A stretch of 40,169 nucleotides of DNA from Bradyrhizobium sp. (GCA_046590305.1 JBKJUA010000063.1:1-40169); one strand, 5' to 3'. Numbered from the stretch's first letter, positions 30,627 to 39,906 are shown. Notes: generated by a model from the sequence alone, not told the origin. Program-made: numbers and translations.

Positions 30627-30685
30627 TACCCCATCCCCGTCGTGAAATGCTTTGCCGCTCCACGGCTTCGGGTTACGCTTCAGGC

Positions 30686-31294
30686 ATGCGCGATTCACCC
30701 GGCAACTTCCCCGCGCTGTTCAGGACGCGGGTAGCGACTGCAAGCGCGGCGGTGTCGATATTCGCGCTGGCCAGCACCGCGGCGTGGCCGCAAGCGGCGC
30801 CGCCGCCGTCGCTCGGCATCCAGTCGCCGGCCCAGCCATCGATGCCGGACCGGCCCCAGCCGCCGGCGCCGCAGCAGAATGAGCCAGCCCCGCCATCGCC
30901 GCCGGAAAATCCGGGCCTGATCAACGAACTCGGCAAGCTTTGGGACAAATCCAAATCCATCCTGCCCGCCCTGACGAGCCCGCAGCAAGCCATCGAGGAT
31001 TTGAACACCCGCGCCAGGGACGCCACCCGGGATGCCGGCGATAGTCTGTCGCGCCTGGCCAAGCCCTCCCTGATGGTGACCGGGCGGATGGCCTGTCCGG
31101 TTTCGGCCAATGGCGCGCCGGACTGCAAGGCCGGCGCCGACAAGCTCTGCCAGAGCAAGGGCCATCAGGAAGGCAAGAGCCTCGATACCGACGCCGCCGA
31201 AAAATGCTCGGCCAAGGCGTACCTGCCGGGCCGAAAGCGCGAGCCGGGCGACTGCCGGACCGAAAATTACGTCACCCGCGCGCTGTGCCAGTAA
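30686..31294 (+). CDS. Exported hypothetical protein with Pro-rich linker and 6-Cys C-terminal domain
   Basis: Hydrophobic signal region; CPVSANGAPDC..ADKLC...C...C...RALCQ; start approximate. Confidence 0.7.
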   Translation: MRDSPGNFPALFRTRVATASAAVSIFALASTAAWPQAAPPPSLGIQSPAQPSMPDRPQPPAPQQNEPAPPSPPENPGLINELGKLWDKSKSILPALTSPQQAIEDLNTRARDATRDAGDSLSRLAKPSLMVTGRMACPVSANGAPDCKAGADKLCQSKGHQEGKSLDTDAAEKCSAKAYLPGRKREPGDCRTENYVTRALCQ

Positions 31295-31388
31295 CGTCGA
31301 AACGTAGCGTCAAAACGCAATACTTGACACTGGAAAGATTGCCCTGTTGGGTTGCGATCGACCGCGCCTAACCAAGAGGATTTTTCGA

Positions 31389-32357
31389 ATGTCCATGCCT
31401 GCTCTGTTCAAGGGCCGTCTGTCGATTCCGGTGATCGGTGCACCGCTGTTCATCATTTCGGTGCCCGATCTCGTGATCGCGCAGTGCAAGGCGGGGATCG
31501 TCGGATCGTTCCCGTCGCTGAACGCGCGCCCGCCGGCCCTGCTCGACGAGTGGCTGGTCCGGATCAAGGAAGAACTGGCCGCGCATGACAAGGCGCATCC
31601 GGAAGCGCTGTCGGCGCCGTTCGCGGTGAACCAGATCGTGCATAAATCGAACAACCGGCTCGATCAGGATCTGGCGCTTTGCGAGAAGCATAAGGTGCCG
31701 ATGATCATCACCTCGCTCGGCGCCCGCGAAGAACTCAACCAGGCCGCCCACCGCTGGGGCGGTATCGTGTTTCACGACGTGATCAACCAGAAGTTCGCGC
31801 ACAAGGCGGTCGAGAAGGGCGCCGACGGCCTGATCCTGGTATCGGCCGGTGCTGGCGGCCATGCCGGCGAGATCTCGCCATTGGCCTTCGTGGCGGAGAC
31901 AAGGCAATGGTTCGATGGACCGATCGCGCTGTCGGGTGCGATCGGCAATGGCCGCGCCATCCGCGCGGCGCGGATTCTCGGCGCCGACTTTGCCTATATC
32001 GGCTCCGCCTTCATCGCCACCAGGGAGGCCAATGCGGTAGAGGCCTACAAGCAGATGGTCACGACGTCGTCGGCCGAAGATATTGTCTATTCCAACTTGT
32101 TCACCGGCGTGCACGGCAATTACCTGAAGCCATCGATCGTCGCGGCCGGCATGGATCCGGACAATCTTCCGGAGTCGGATCCCTCCAAGATGAGCTTCGG
32201 CACCGACGCCTCGGGCGAGCGCGCCAAACCGAAAGCCTGGAAGGAAATCTGGGGCTCGGGCCAGGGCGTCGGCAGCGTCGGCAAGGTGCTGCCCGCCGCC
32301 GAGTTGATCGCGCGGTTCAAGAAGGAATACGACGAGGCGATCGATCCGCCGCTGTGA
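31389..32357 (+). CDS. Nitronate monooxygenase family flavoprotein (NMO/FabK-like)
   Basis: PVIGAPLF, GSFPSLNAR, NQIVHKSNNRL, GAGGHAG, AYIGSAFIAT, IWGSGQG. Confidence 0.9.
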   Translation: MSMPALFKGRLSIPVIGAPLFIISVPDLVIAQCKAGIVGSFPSLNARPPALLDEWLVRIKEELAAHDKAHPEALSAPFAVNQIVHKSNNRLDQDLALCEKHKVPMIITSLGAREELNQAAHRWGGIVFHDVINQKFAHKAVEKGADGLILVSAGAGGHAGEISPLAFVAETRQWFDGPIALSGAIGNGRAIRAARILGADFAYIGSAFIATREANAVEAYKQMVTTSSAEDIVYSNLFTGVHGNYLKPSIVAAGMDPDNLPESDPSKMSFGTDASGERAKPKAWKEIWGSGQGVGSVGKVLPAAELIARFKKEYDEAIDPPL

Positions 32358-32358
32358 A

Positions 32359-32482
32359 CTCTCGTGTCCCGGACGCGGTGCAGCGTCCTTTACGCTGCTC
32401 CGCAGAGCCGGGACCCACGCACGCAACGCACGATGGACCCGGATCAGCAGCGCACCGCTTCGCGCTGCGCAGCGTCCGGGGA
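32359..32482. repeat. REP-like element (TCGTGTCCCGGACGCG...GCGTCCGGG family)
   Basis: Complementary termini CCCGGACGC/GCGTCCGGG with internal hairpins. Confidence 0.8.
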
Positions 32483-32512
32483 ACGTAAACACCGAGCGCC
32501 GGAATTGATTTG

Positions 32513-33286
32513 ATGGACGCTATTTTTCACGTGGACGGCAATCGCGTTCTCACCAGCCCGAATGCGGCCGGGCCCTGGAATCCCGGCATGCAGCACGGCT
32601 CCGCGCCGGCATCGCTGGTGGTGTGGGCGGCCGAGGCGATTGCGACGCCGGTGCCGATGCAAATCGCGCGCGTCACCATCGACCTGATGCGCCCGGTGCC
32701 GGTGGCGCCGCTGACGCTCGAGACCGAGGTGCTGCGGGAAGGGCGCAAGATTCAGCTGTGCGCCATCCGGCTGCGCGCCGGCGATGCCGTCGTGGTCGGC
32801 GCCACCGTGCTCAAGATCAAGAGCGGGGCGCTGGCGCTGCCGCCGGAGGTTCAGGATTTGCCGGTCGAACTTCCGGGGCCGGATCAATCGCGCGTCGAGC
32901 CGGCGAATTTTTCCTCGAGCCCCTTCGTATCGGGCATGTCGCTGCGCGCCGCCCGCGGCAGTTTCGGCGTGCCCGGTCCCGGCGCGATCTGGTACCGCGC
33001 CGACCGGCCGCTGGTTGAAGGTTCGCCGGTTTCGCAGGCGATGCGGGCGGTGGTCGCGGCGGATTTCTGCAACGGCACTTCAGCGGTGCTGGATTTCCGG
33101 CAATGGACTTTTATCAATGCCGACCTCACCGTCAGTTTCGCGCGCCAGCCGGTCGGAGAATGGATCCTGCTCGATGCGGAGTCCTGGATCGGTCCCGATG
33201 GGGCCGGCCTCGCGATGGCGCGGCTCGCGGATGCCAAAGGCTATTTCGGCCGCGCCGTGCAGAGCCTGGTGATCGAGAAGCGGTAG
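32513..33286 (+). CDS. Acyl-CoA thioesterase family protein (double hot-dog)
   Basis: GPW....QHGSAP, DLMRPVP, ADFCNG, FINADLTV. Confidence 0.88.
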   Translation: MDAIFHVDGNRVLTSPNAAGPWNPGMQHGSAPASLVVWAAEAIATPVPMQIARVTIDLMRPVPVAPLTLETEVLREGRKIQLCAIRLRAGDAVVVGATVLKIKSGALALPPEVQDLPVELPGPDQSRVEPANFSSSPFVSGMSLRAARGSFGVPGPGAIWYRADRPLVEGSPVSQAMRAVVAADFCNGTSAVLDFRQWTFINADLTVSFARQPVGEWILLDAESWIGPDGAGLAMARLADAKGYFGRAVQSLVIEKR

Positions 33287-33407
33287 CGATACGCGGCATT
33301 GCCGGCCGGTCTTGCTGTGAATCCGGTTTCCCGTTGCAGGCACTCGTTCCAAAGGACGCATGGCGCAGTGCAGCCAAATTGTTCCCGCAAAAATAGTTCC
33401 ATTATTG

Positions 33408-33432
33408 GGAACGGTTGGACGCCGTAGCGGTT
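33408..33432 (+). promoter_or_regulatory. Putative sigma-EcfG promoter of the kaiC-like operon
   Basis: GGAAC-N16-GGTT ending 22 nt before the ATG; AGGGGG RBS between. Confidence 0.7.
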
Positions 33433-33454
33433 TTTCCCCCGGTCAGGGGGTTAA

Positions 33455-34954
33455 ATGAACTCTGTTGAAGGACGTACCGACAAGGCGAAAACCGGAATCT
33501 GGGGGCTCGACAACATCTTGTCGGGTGGATTTACGCGCGGGCATCTCTTCCTTGCCGAAGGCGCGCCCGGCACTGGCAAGACGACAGTGGCGCTGCAATT
33601 CCTGCTTGAAGGCGTCAAGGCCGGCGAGAAATGCCTCTACATCACCTTGTCGGAGACCGAGCGCGAACTGCGCGCCGGCGCGGCCTCGCACGGCTGGTTG
33701 CTGGACGACGGCATCGAGATATTCGAGTTGTTGCCGCCGGAAAGCCTGCTCGATTCCGAACAGCAGCAGAGCCTGCTGTATTCTTCCGATCTCGAACTCG
33801 GCGAAACCACCAAGCAGATTTTCGAGGCGGTCGAGCGCGCCCGGCCGGACCGGGTAGTGCTCGACAGCCTGTCGGAAATCCGGCTTCTAGCGCAGAGTTC
33901 GCTGCGCTACCGGCGGCAGATCCTGGCGATCAAGCATTACTTCGCGCAATTCAACACCACCGTTCTTCTGCTCGACGATCTCACGGCCGAAGCCGCCGAC
34001 AAGACCGTGCACAGCGTCGCCCATGGCGTGTTCCGGCTTGAAGAGTTGGCGCCGGCCTACGGCGCGGAGCGGCGGCGCGCCCGCGTCATCAAATATCGCG
34101 GGGTCAAGTTTCGCGGCGGCTACCACGACGTCACCATGACGACCGGCGGTCTCAACGTATTTCCGCGGCTGGTGGCGTCCGAATATCGCAGCGACTTCAC
34201 CCGCAACAAGGTGTCGAGCGGCATCGCCGGGTTTGACCAGTTGCTGGGCGGCGGTGTCGAGACTGGTTCGAGCACACTCATTCTCGGGCCCGCCGGCACC
34301 GGCAAGTCGCTGGCTACCATCGTGTTTGTCGCCGCCGCCATACGGCGGGGCGAGAAAGCCGCGCTGTTCGTGTTCGACGAAGAACTCGGCTTGCTGTTCT
34401 CGCGCATGAAGGGCATGGGCATCGACCTGGAGGAAATGCAGCGCAGCGGCAGTCTCCTCATCGAACAGGTCGATGCCGCCGAATTGTCTCCCGGCGAATT
34501 CGCCCACCGCGTCCGCAAGCGAGTCGATGAGGATCAGATCAAGACCGTGGTGATCGACAGCCTCAATGGCTATCAGGCGGCTATGCCCGAGGAGAATTCG
34601 CTGATCCTGCACATCCACGAACTGCTGCAATATCTGAACCGTCGGGGAGCTGCGACCTTCATGACGGTGGCGCAGCACGGACTTGTCGGCGACATGAAAG
34701 CACCGGTGGACGTGACCTATCTCGCCGACACCGTGATCCTGCTGCGATATTTCGAGGCGTTGGGCAGGGTGCGGCGCGCGATGTCGATCATCAAGAAACG
34801 CACCGGCGCTCATGAATCGACCATCCGGGAATACCGCATCGACGGCCGCGGCCTCACCATCGGCGCGCCGCTCGACGGGTTTCAGGGCGTGCTTAGCGGT
34901 GTTCCGGTCTATGTCGGCGAGGGCCAGCCGCTGCTGCAGGAGCAGGGTGCGTGA
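33455..34954 (+). CDS. KaiC-like double RecA-fold ATPase
   Basis: Two Walker A motifs (GAPGTGKT, GPAGTGKS), two Walker B (VVLDSL, VVIDSL), KYRG and KKRTG arginine-finger motifs. Confidence 0.92.
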   Translation: MNSVEGRTDKAKTGIWGLDNILSGGFTRGHLFLAEGAPGTGKTTVALQFLLEGVKAGEKCLYITLSETERELRAGAASHGWLLDDGIEIFELLPPESLLDSEQQQSLLYSSDLELGETTKQIFEAVERARPDRVVLDSLSEIRLLAQSSLRYRRQILAIKHYFAQFNTTVLLLDDLTAEAADKTVHSVAHGVFRLEELAPAYGAERRRARVIKYRGVKFRGGYHDVTMTTGGLNVFPRLVASEYRSDFTRNKVSSGIAGFDQLLGGGVETGSSTLILGPAGTGKSLATIVFVAAAIRRGEKAALFVFDEELGLLFSRMKGMGIDLEEMQRSGSLLIEQVDAAELSPGEFAHRVRKRVDEDQIKTVVIDSLNGYQAAMPEENSLILHIHELLQYLNRRGAATFMTVAQHGLVGDMKAPVDVTYLADTVILLRYFEALGRVRRAMSIIKKRTGAHESTIREYRIDGRGLTIGAPLDGFQGVLSGVPVYVGEGQPLLQEQGA

Positions 34955-37005
34955 AACCGGGAACCTCATCCGAGCGCGCCGTTATCCTGGCTCCGACCGG
35001 GCGCGACGCCGCGGTGGCCGCAGCGCTGATCAGGGAAGCGGGATTTTGCGCCGATGTCTGCGGCGACATCGCCGGGCTGATTCAGGAGATTGAAAGCGGT
35101 GCCGGCCTCGCCGTGATCGCCGATGAGGCGATCAAGACCGCCGATCTGCGTGGCCTGATGCGCTGGCTCACCGATCAGCCCTCATGGTCCGATTTTCCGA
35201 TCGTGCTGCTGACGCACCAAGGTGGCGGTCCGGAGCGCAATCCCGACGCGGTGCGGCTCGGGCAGGTGCTGGGCAACGTCACCTTCATCGAACGGCCGTT
35301 TCACCCGACCACGCTGGTGAGCATTGTCGGCTCCGCGATCCGGGGCCGCCACCGCCAGTACCAGACCCGCGCCATTCTCGCCGATCTCACCGAAAGCGAG
35401 AACCTGCTGCAGACCGCGCTCAAGGCGGGTCATCTCGGTACGCTGGAGTTGCATCTGCCGGGCTTCGAGCTCAAAGCCTCCGACACCTGCAAGGCGTTTT
35501 TCGGACGCAGGCCCGGCGAGGTGTTTTCCTACCATGACTTGCTGGATGCGATCCATCCGGACGATCGTGCGAGGCGGGCTGAAGTGATGGATAGGACAAT
35601 CAAGACGGGCCGCGACTACAGCATCGAATACCGCGCCATCTGGCCTGACGGATCGCAGCACTGGATCGATGTCCGCTCGCGCGCGGTTCGCGCGCCGGAT
35701 GGCAGTATCAAGTCGCTGGTGGGCGTGTCCTCCGATATCACCGCGCGCAAACTCGCCGAAATCGAACGCGAGAACCTGCTGGCCCAGCTGGCGGCCGAGC
35801 GCACCGCGCTGGCGGAGCTGACCGCCACGCTGGAACAGCGGGTCGAGCAACGCACCGCCGATCTGATGAAGGAAGTCGCGGCGCGCGAAAGGGCGCAGGA
35901 GCAATTGCGCCAGGCGCAGAAGATGGAGACCATCGGCCAGCTCACCGGCGGTGTCGCGCATGATTTCAACAATCTCCTGATGGCGGTCATGGGCAACCTC
36001 GATCTGCTGCGAAAGCGCATGCCCGACGATCCGCGTCTGCACCGGCTGATCGACGGCGCGCTGCAGGGCGCAGAGCGCGGCGCGTCGCTGACCCAGCGGC
36101 TGCTGGCGTTCGCCCGCCAGCAGGATTTGCGTGCGGTGGCGGTGGATCTGCGTAGCCTGGTCCACGGCATGGGCGATCTGCTCGAGCGTTCGCTCGGACC
36201 GCGGGTGGCATTGCGGTTGGACATTCCCGAGGGGTTGCCGCCGGCACGGATCGACGCCAATCAGCTCGAACTTGCAATCCTCAACCTCGCCATCAACGCG
36301 CGCGACGCCATGGCGGACAGCGGCACGATCGACATCCGTGTCGCCAGATTCCGGGCCAGCGATGACCCGGCGTTGCCGTCCGGCGACTATTTGAAACTGT
36401 CGGTCATCGACACCGGCAAGGGCATGACGCCGGATATTTTGAAGAAGGCGATCGAGCCGTTCTTCTCGTCGAAACCGCTGGGCAAGGGCACCGGCCTCGG
36501 CCTGTCGATGGTGCATGGGCTAGCGGTCCAGCTCGGCGGCGCGCTGCAGCTTTCCAGCACCGTTGGGAAGGGCACCACCGCGACCTTGTTGCTGCCGGTC
36601 GCCACATCGGCGCCCGAGACGGAAGTCCCACTGCTTAGAGCGCCGAAGGTCGAGCGCTCGGCGGTGATCCTGTTCGTCGACGACGATCCGCTGATCGCGA
36701 TGTCGACCACCGAAATGCTGGAAGACCTCGGCCATCACGTGATTGGCGTCAGTTCCGGCCGGCATGCGCTCGATATCCTGAGGAGCGAGCAGCCGATCGA
36801 CCTGATGATGACGGACCATGTGATGCCCGGCATGACCGGGCTCGAACTGGCGGCGGCGACCCGCGAGGTGCGGCCGTCACTGCCGATCCTGCTCGCCACC
36901 GGCTATGCCGAACTGCCCGAAGGCTCCCAGCTCGATCTGCCGCGGCTGGCAAAACCCTATCACCAGGACCAGCTGCGCGACCGGCTCGATCAGATGCTGG
37001 GGTGA
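34951..37005 (+). CDS. Hybrid sensor histidine kinase (atypical REC-PAS-HisKA-HATPase-REC)
   Basis: GTGA overlap with the kaiC-like gene; AHDFNNLL, NLAINARDAM, DTGKG, GTGLGL; C-terminal VDDD/TD/KP receiver. Confidence 0.92.
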   Translation: MKPGTSSERAVILAPTGRDAAVAAALIREAGFCADVCGDIAGLIQEIESGAGLAVIADEAIKTADLRGLMRWLTDQPSWSDFPIVLLTHQGGGPERNPDAVRLGQVLGNVTFIERPFHPTTLVSIVGSAIRGRHRQYQTRAILADLTESENLLQTALKAGHLGTLELHLPGFELKASDTCKAFFGRRPGEVFSYHDLLDAIHPDDRARRAEVMDRTIKTGRDYSIEYRAIWPDGSQHWIDVRSRAVRAPDGSIKSLVGVSSDITARKLAEIERENLLAQLAAERTALAELTATLEQRVEQRTADLMKEVAARERAQEQLRQAQKMETIGQLTGGVAHDFNNLLMAVMGNLDLLRKRMPDDPRLHRLIDGALQGAERGASLTQRLLAFARQQDLRAVAVDLRSLVHGMGDLLERSLGPRVALRLDIPEGLPPARIDANQLELAILNLAINARDAMADSGTIDIRVARFRASDDPALPSGDYLKLSVIDTGKGMTPDILKKAIEPFFSSKPLGKGTGLGLSMVHGLAVQLGGALQLSSTVGKGTTATLLLPVATSAPETEVPLLRAPKVERSAVILFVDDDPLIAMSTTEMLEDLGHHVIGVSSGRHALDILRSEQPIDLMMTDHVMPGMTGLELAAATREVRPSLPILLATGYAELPEGSQLDLPRLAKPYHQDQLRDRLDQMLG

Positions 37006-37020
37006 GGAGGGGTCCCTCAG

Positions 37021-37112
37021 CCGTCATTGCGAGGAGCGCAGCGACGAAGCAATCCAACTTTCCTCTTCATGCGGCAAAAAGCTGGATTGCTTCGCTTCGC
37101 TCGCAATGACGG
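37021..37112. repeat. REP-like element (CGTCATTGCGAG family)
   Basis: CCGTCATTGCGAG...GAAGCAATCCA / TGGATTGCTTCG...CTCGCAATGACGG. Confidence 0.9.
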
Positions 37113-37118
37113 AAGGAA

Positions 37119-37141
37119 GCACCGCGTCCGGGACACGAGAG
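37119..37141. repeat. Isolated REP end, exact reverse complement of 32359-32381
   Basis: GCACCGCGTCCGGGACACGAGAG versus CTCTCGTGTCCCGGACGCGGTGC (23/23). Confidence 0.8.
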
Positions 37142-37144
37142 ATT

Positions 37145-38707
37145 TTAGCCCACCATCCTGTCACGTCCGACCCAAAACCCCGCCTTCAGCACCTTCTTGT
37201 CGACCTTGCCGACGCCGGTCATTGGCAACTCCGTGACGAACTTGATGTGCTTGGGCGCATGCGCCGCGCCCTTGCGTGCCTTCACCAGGGCGATCAGTTC
37301 GGCTTCGCTCGGCCTGGCGCCTTCGCGCGCGACCACGACGGCGGTGACGGCCTCGCCCCATTTGTCGTCGGGCACGCCGACTACGGCGACCATCGCGACA
37401 TCGGCATGCTGCGACAGCACGTCCTCGATCTCGCGCGGAAAAATATTGAACCCGCCGGACACGATCATGTCCTTCTTGCGGTCGAGGATGAACAAATAGC
37501 CGCGCTCATCGGATCGGGCGATGTCGCCGGTATGCAGCCAGCCATTCTCTAGGGTTTCGACGGTCTGTTCCGGCCGCTTCCAGTATTCGGCCATCACATG
37601 CGGGGCGCGCACGCAGATCTCGCCGGCTTCGCCGGTCGCGACTTCCCTATCGTTGTCGTCGAGTACCTTGATCTCGCAGGCCGAAATCGGAAAGCCGCAG
37701 GAGGTAAACATCTCCGGCGTCTTCGGATCGTGGTCGGCCTTGCGCAGCACCGACATCGGATAGCATTCGGTCTGGCCGTAAAGCTGCGAAAACACCGGCC
37801 CGATCCGCTCGATACCTTCCACCAGCCGGCTCGGCGACATCGCCGATGCGCCATAGAGCAACAGTTCGAGCGAGGAGAGATCGGTCTTGTCGAGAGCGGG
37901 GTGATCCAGCAGCATGTAGATCATGGTCGGCACCAGCAGCGTAAAATTGATGCGTTCGCGGGCAATCGTCCTGAGCACCGTTTCGGGATCGAAACCCTTC
38001 ACCAGGTGCACGGTGCCGCCGCGCATCAGCGTCGGCAGCACCTTGGTGCCGGCGACATGGCTGATCGGCGCCACCGTCAGATAGCTCGGCGTATCCGGGA
38101 TCTCGAAATCGGCCAGGATGGCATTTGCAAAGCCGGCATATTCGCGGTGGTAGCGCAGCGCGCCCTTTGACCGGCCGGTGGTGCCGCCGGTGTAGTTCAG
38201 CGTGGCGATGTCGTCGGGAACGGCAAAGTTGCGCGGGCTGGTGCTGCCGGCGGCCTCGACCGCGGCCAGCAGGTTGATGCCGTAGCTGGCCGGGCCGAGC
38301 GTGAACACGTGTTTCAGGTTGGACGCCCTGGCCGCGAGGTCGCCGCCGCGGTCGCGAAACGTATCGGCGTCGACCACCAGCACCTGGGTTTCGGAATCCT
38401 CGAGCTGGAACGACTGGTCGTCGAGCGAGCCCAGCGGATGCAGCGAGGTGACCGACAGCCGCGCCAGTTGCGCGGCGACGCCGCTGCACCAGCTGTCGGC
38501 GCGGTTGGCGGACAACAGCGCGACCCGCGAGCCCGTCTGCAGTCCGAGCTGCATGAATACCTTTTGAATGCGGCCGATCAGGTCGCCGGCGCCGGCATAG
38601 CTGAGCGATCCGCCCGACCAGGAGAACGCCGTGCGCTGGGGATAGCGCCCCAGCGCGCGCAGCGTCTGCGCGCAGGCGGGTGGAAGGGCATAGAGCGGAT
38701 CGGACAT
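37145..38707 (-). CDS. AMP-binding acyl-CoA synthetase
   Basis: YTGGTTGRSKG, YGQTE, HTGD, DRKKDMIVSGGFN; GGAGG RBS before ATG 38707. Confidence 0.9.
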   Translation of the reverse strand: MSDPLYALPPACAQTLRALGRYPQRTAFSWSGGSLSYAGAGDLIGRIQKVFMQLGLQTGSRVALLSANRADSWCSGVAAQLARLSVTSLHPLGSLDDQSFQLEDSETQVLVVDADTFRDRGGDLAARASNLKHVFTLGPASYGINLLAAVEAAGSTSPRNFAVPDDIATLNYTGGTTGRSKGALRYHREYAGFANAILADFEIPDTPSYLTVAPISHVAGTKVLPTLMRGGTVHLVKGFDPETVLRTIARERINFTLLVPTMIYMLLDHPALDKTDLSSLELLLYGASAMSPSRLVEGIERIGPVFSQLYGQTECYPMSVLRKADHDPKTPEMFTSCGFPISACEIKVLDDNDREVATGEAGEICVRAPHVMAEYWKRPEQTVETLENGWLHTGDIARSDERGYLFILDRKKDMIVSGGFNIFPREIEDVLSQHADVAMVAVVGVPDDKWGEAVTAVVVAREGARPSEAELIALVKARKGAAHAPKHIKFVTELPMTGVGKVDKKVLKAGFWVGRDRMVG

Positions 38708-38812
38708 GTTTCCTCCGGCAATTCTGTCACTGACTTTGACGCCTGCTTTGTCTTGGGCGTTCGCTCGTGCCAGTGTTGGGAAAACGCTAGCATCAGTGCG
38801 GAAGCGGGGACA

Positions 38813-39784
38813 ATGACTTTGAAGCAGACCGATCTCCTCGCGCGTTTTCAGGGCCGCCTCCGCCTGCCGCTGATAGCAGCGCCGATGTTTCTGGTGTCCG
38901 GCGTCGAGCTGGTGGCGGCGACCTGCCGCAACGGCGTGATCGGCTCGTTTCCGACGGTGAACTGCCGCAGTCCCGAACAGCTCGATGGCTGGCTCACCGA
39001 CATCGAGGACCGGCTGCGCCGTCATTCCGATGTAACGGGAAAGCCCGCGGCGCCGGTCAGTCCGAACCTGATCGTGCACCGTTCCAACGCGCGGCTCGAT
39101 GCCGATCTGCAGGTGCTGCTGCGGCACCGGCCCGAACTCGTCATCACCTCGGTCGGTTCGCCGGCGCCGGTGCTGGCGCCGCTGCATAATGCCGGCGCGC
39201 TTGTTTTCGCCGACGTCGCCAGCATCCGCCATGCCGAGCGCGCGGTGGCATCAGGCGCCGACGGGCTGGTGCTGCTGACGGCGGGGGCGGGCGGCCAGAC
39301 TGGCTGGCTCAATCCCTTTGTGTTCGTCCGCGCGGTGCGCGCGTTCTTCGATGGCCCGATCGTGCTGGCCGGCGGCATCGGCGACGGCCATGCGCTGCGA
39401 GCCGCGCAGGCGCTGGGCTGCGATCTCGCCTATATGGGAACCAAGTTCATCGCCACCACCGAGAGCATGGCCGACCCCAGGTACAAGGCGATGCTGGTCG
39501 CCAGCAGCGCCGACGATATTCTACTGACGACCGCCTTCACCGGCCTGCAGACCAACATGCTGCGGCCGTCGATTGCCGCTTCGGGCCTCGACCCTGAAAA
39601 CCTGCCGCAACGCGGGGCAATCGACATCGGCAAGGACATCGACATCGGTGCCCGCGAGAACCGTCCGGCGCGCTGGCGCGATATCTGGAGCGCGGGGCAT
39701 TCGACGTCGGGGGTATCAGCGGTGCTGTCGGTCGACGACCTCGTGGCGCAGACGCTGGCGGAGTACCGCGCCGCCGCGCCGTGA
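38813..39784 (+). CDS. Nitronate monooxygenase family flavoprotein, second paralog
   Basis: LPLIAAPMF, NLIVHRSNARL, GAGGQTG, AYMGTKFIAT, IWSAGH. Confidence 0.88.
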   Translation: MTLKQTDLLARFQGRLRLPLIAAPMFLVSGVELVAATCRNGVIGSFPTVNCRSPEQLDGWLTDIEDRLRRHSDVTGKPAAPVSPNLIVHRSNARLDADLQVLLRHRPELVITSVGSPAPVLAPLHNAGALVFADVASIRHAERAVASGADGLVLLTAGAGGQTGWLNPFVFVRAVRAFFDGPIVLAGGIGDGHALRAAQALGCDLAYMGTKFIATTESMADPRYKAMLVASSADDILLTTAFTGLQTNMLRPSIAASGLDPENLPQRGAIDIGKDIDIGARENRPARWRDIWSAGHSTSGVSAVLSVDDLVAQTLAEYRAAAP

Positions 39785-39804
39785 TACTACGGATTCACCC
39801 CGCC

Positions 39805-39820
39805 TTAACGCGCGGTTAAC
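39805..39820. promoter_or_regulatory. CtrA-binding box
   Basis: Perfect TTAA-CGCGCGG-TTAAC in intergenic DNA. Confidence 0.7.
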
Positions 39821-39906
39821 TATCTCGCTCCAAGAATCGGTTCCAGGGCCGTCCGCCGCCAAAAGCGGGGGGAACGCGCCAGAGCAGCCGTTCAAGGGGA
39901 TGCGAG

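Noticed and set aside
33455-34954. A true circadian clock (kaiABC)
   Set aside because: No kaiA or kaiB in the window and the ST phosphosite pair is not canonical, so no kaiC symbol was assigned
38309-39232. Apparent overlap of the CoA ligase and NMO ORFs
   Set aside because: Artefact of taking the longest ORF; starts at 38707 (minus) and 38813 (plus) leave a normal divergent spacer
39871-39892. GGAAC...CGTT upstream of the last ORF as an EcfG promoter
   Set aside because: Spacer is 13 nt rather than 16-17
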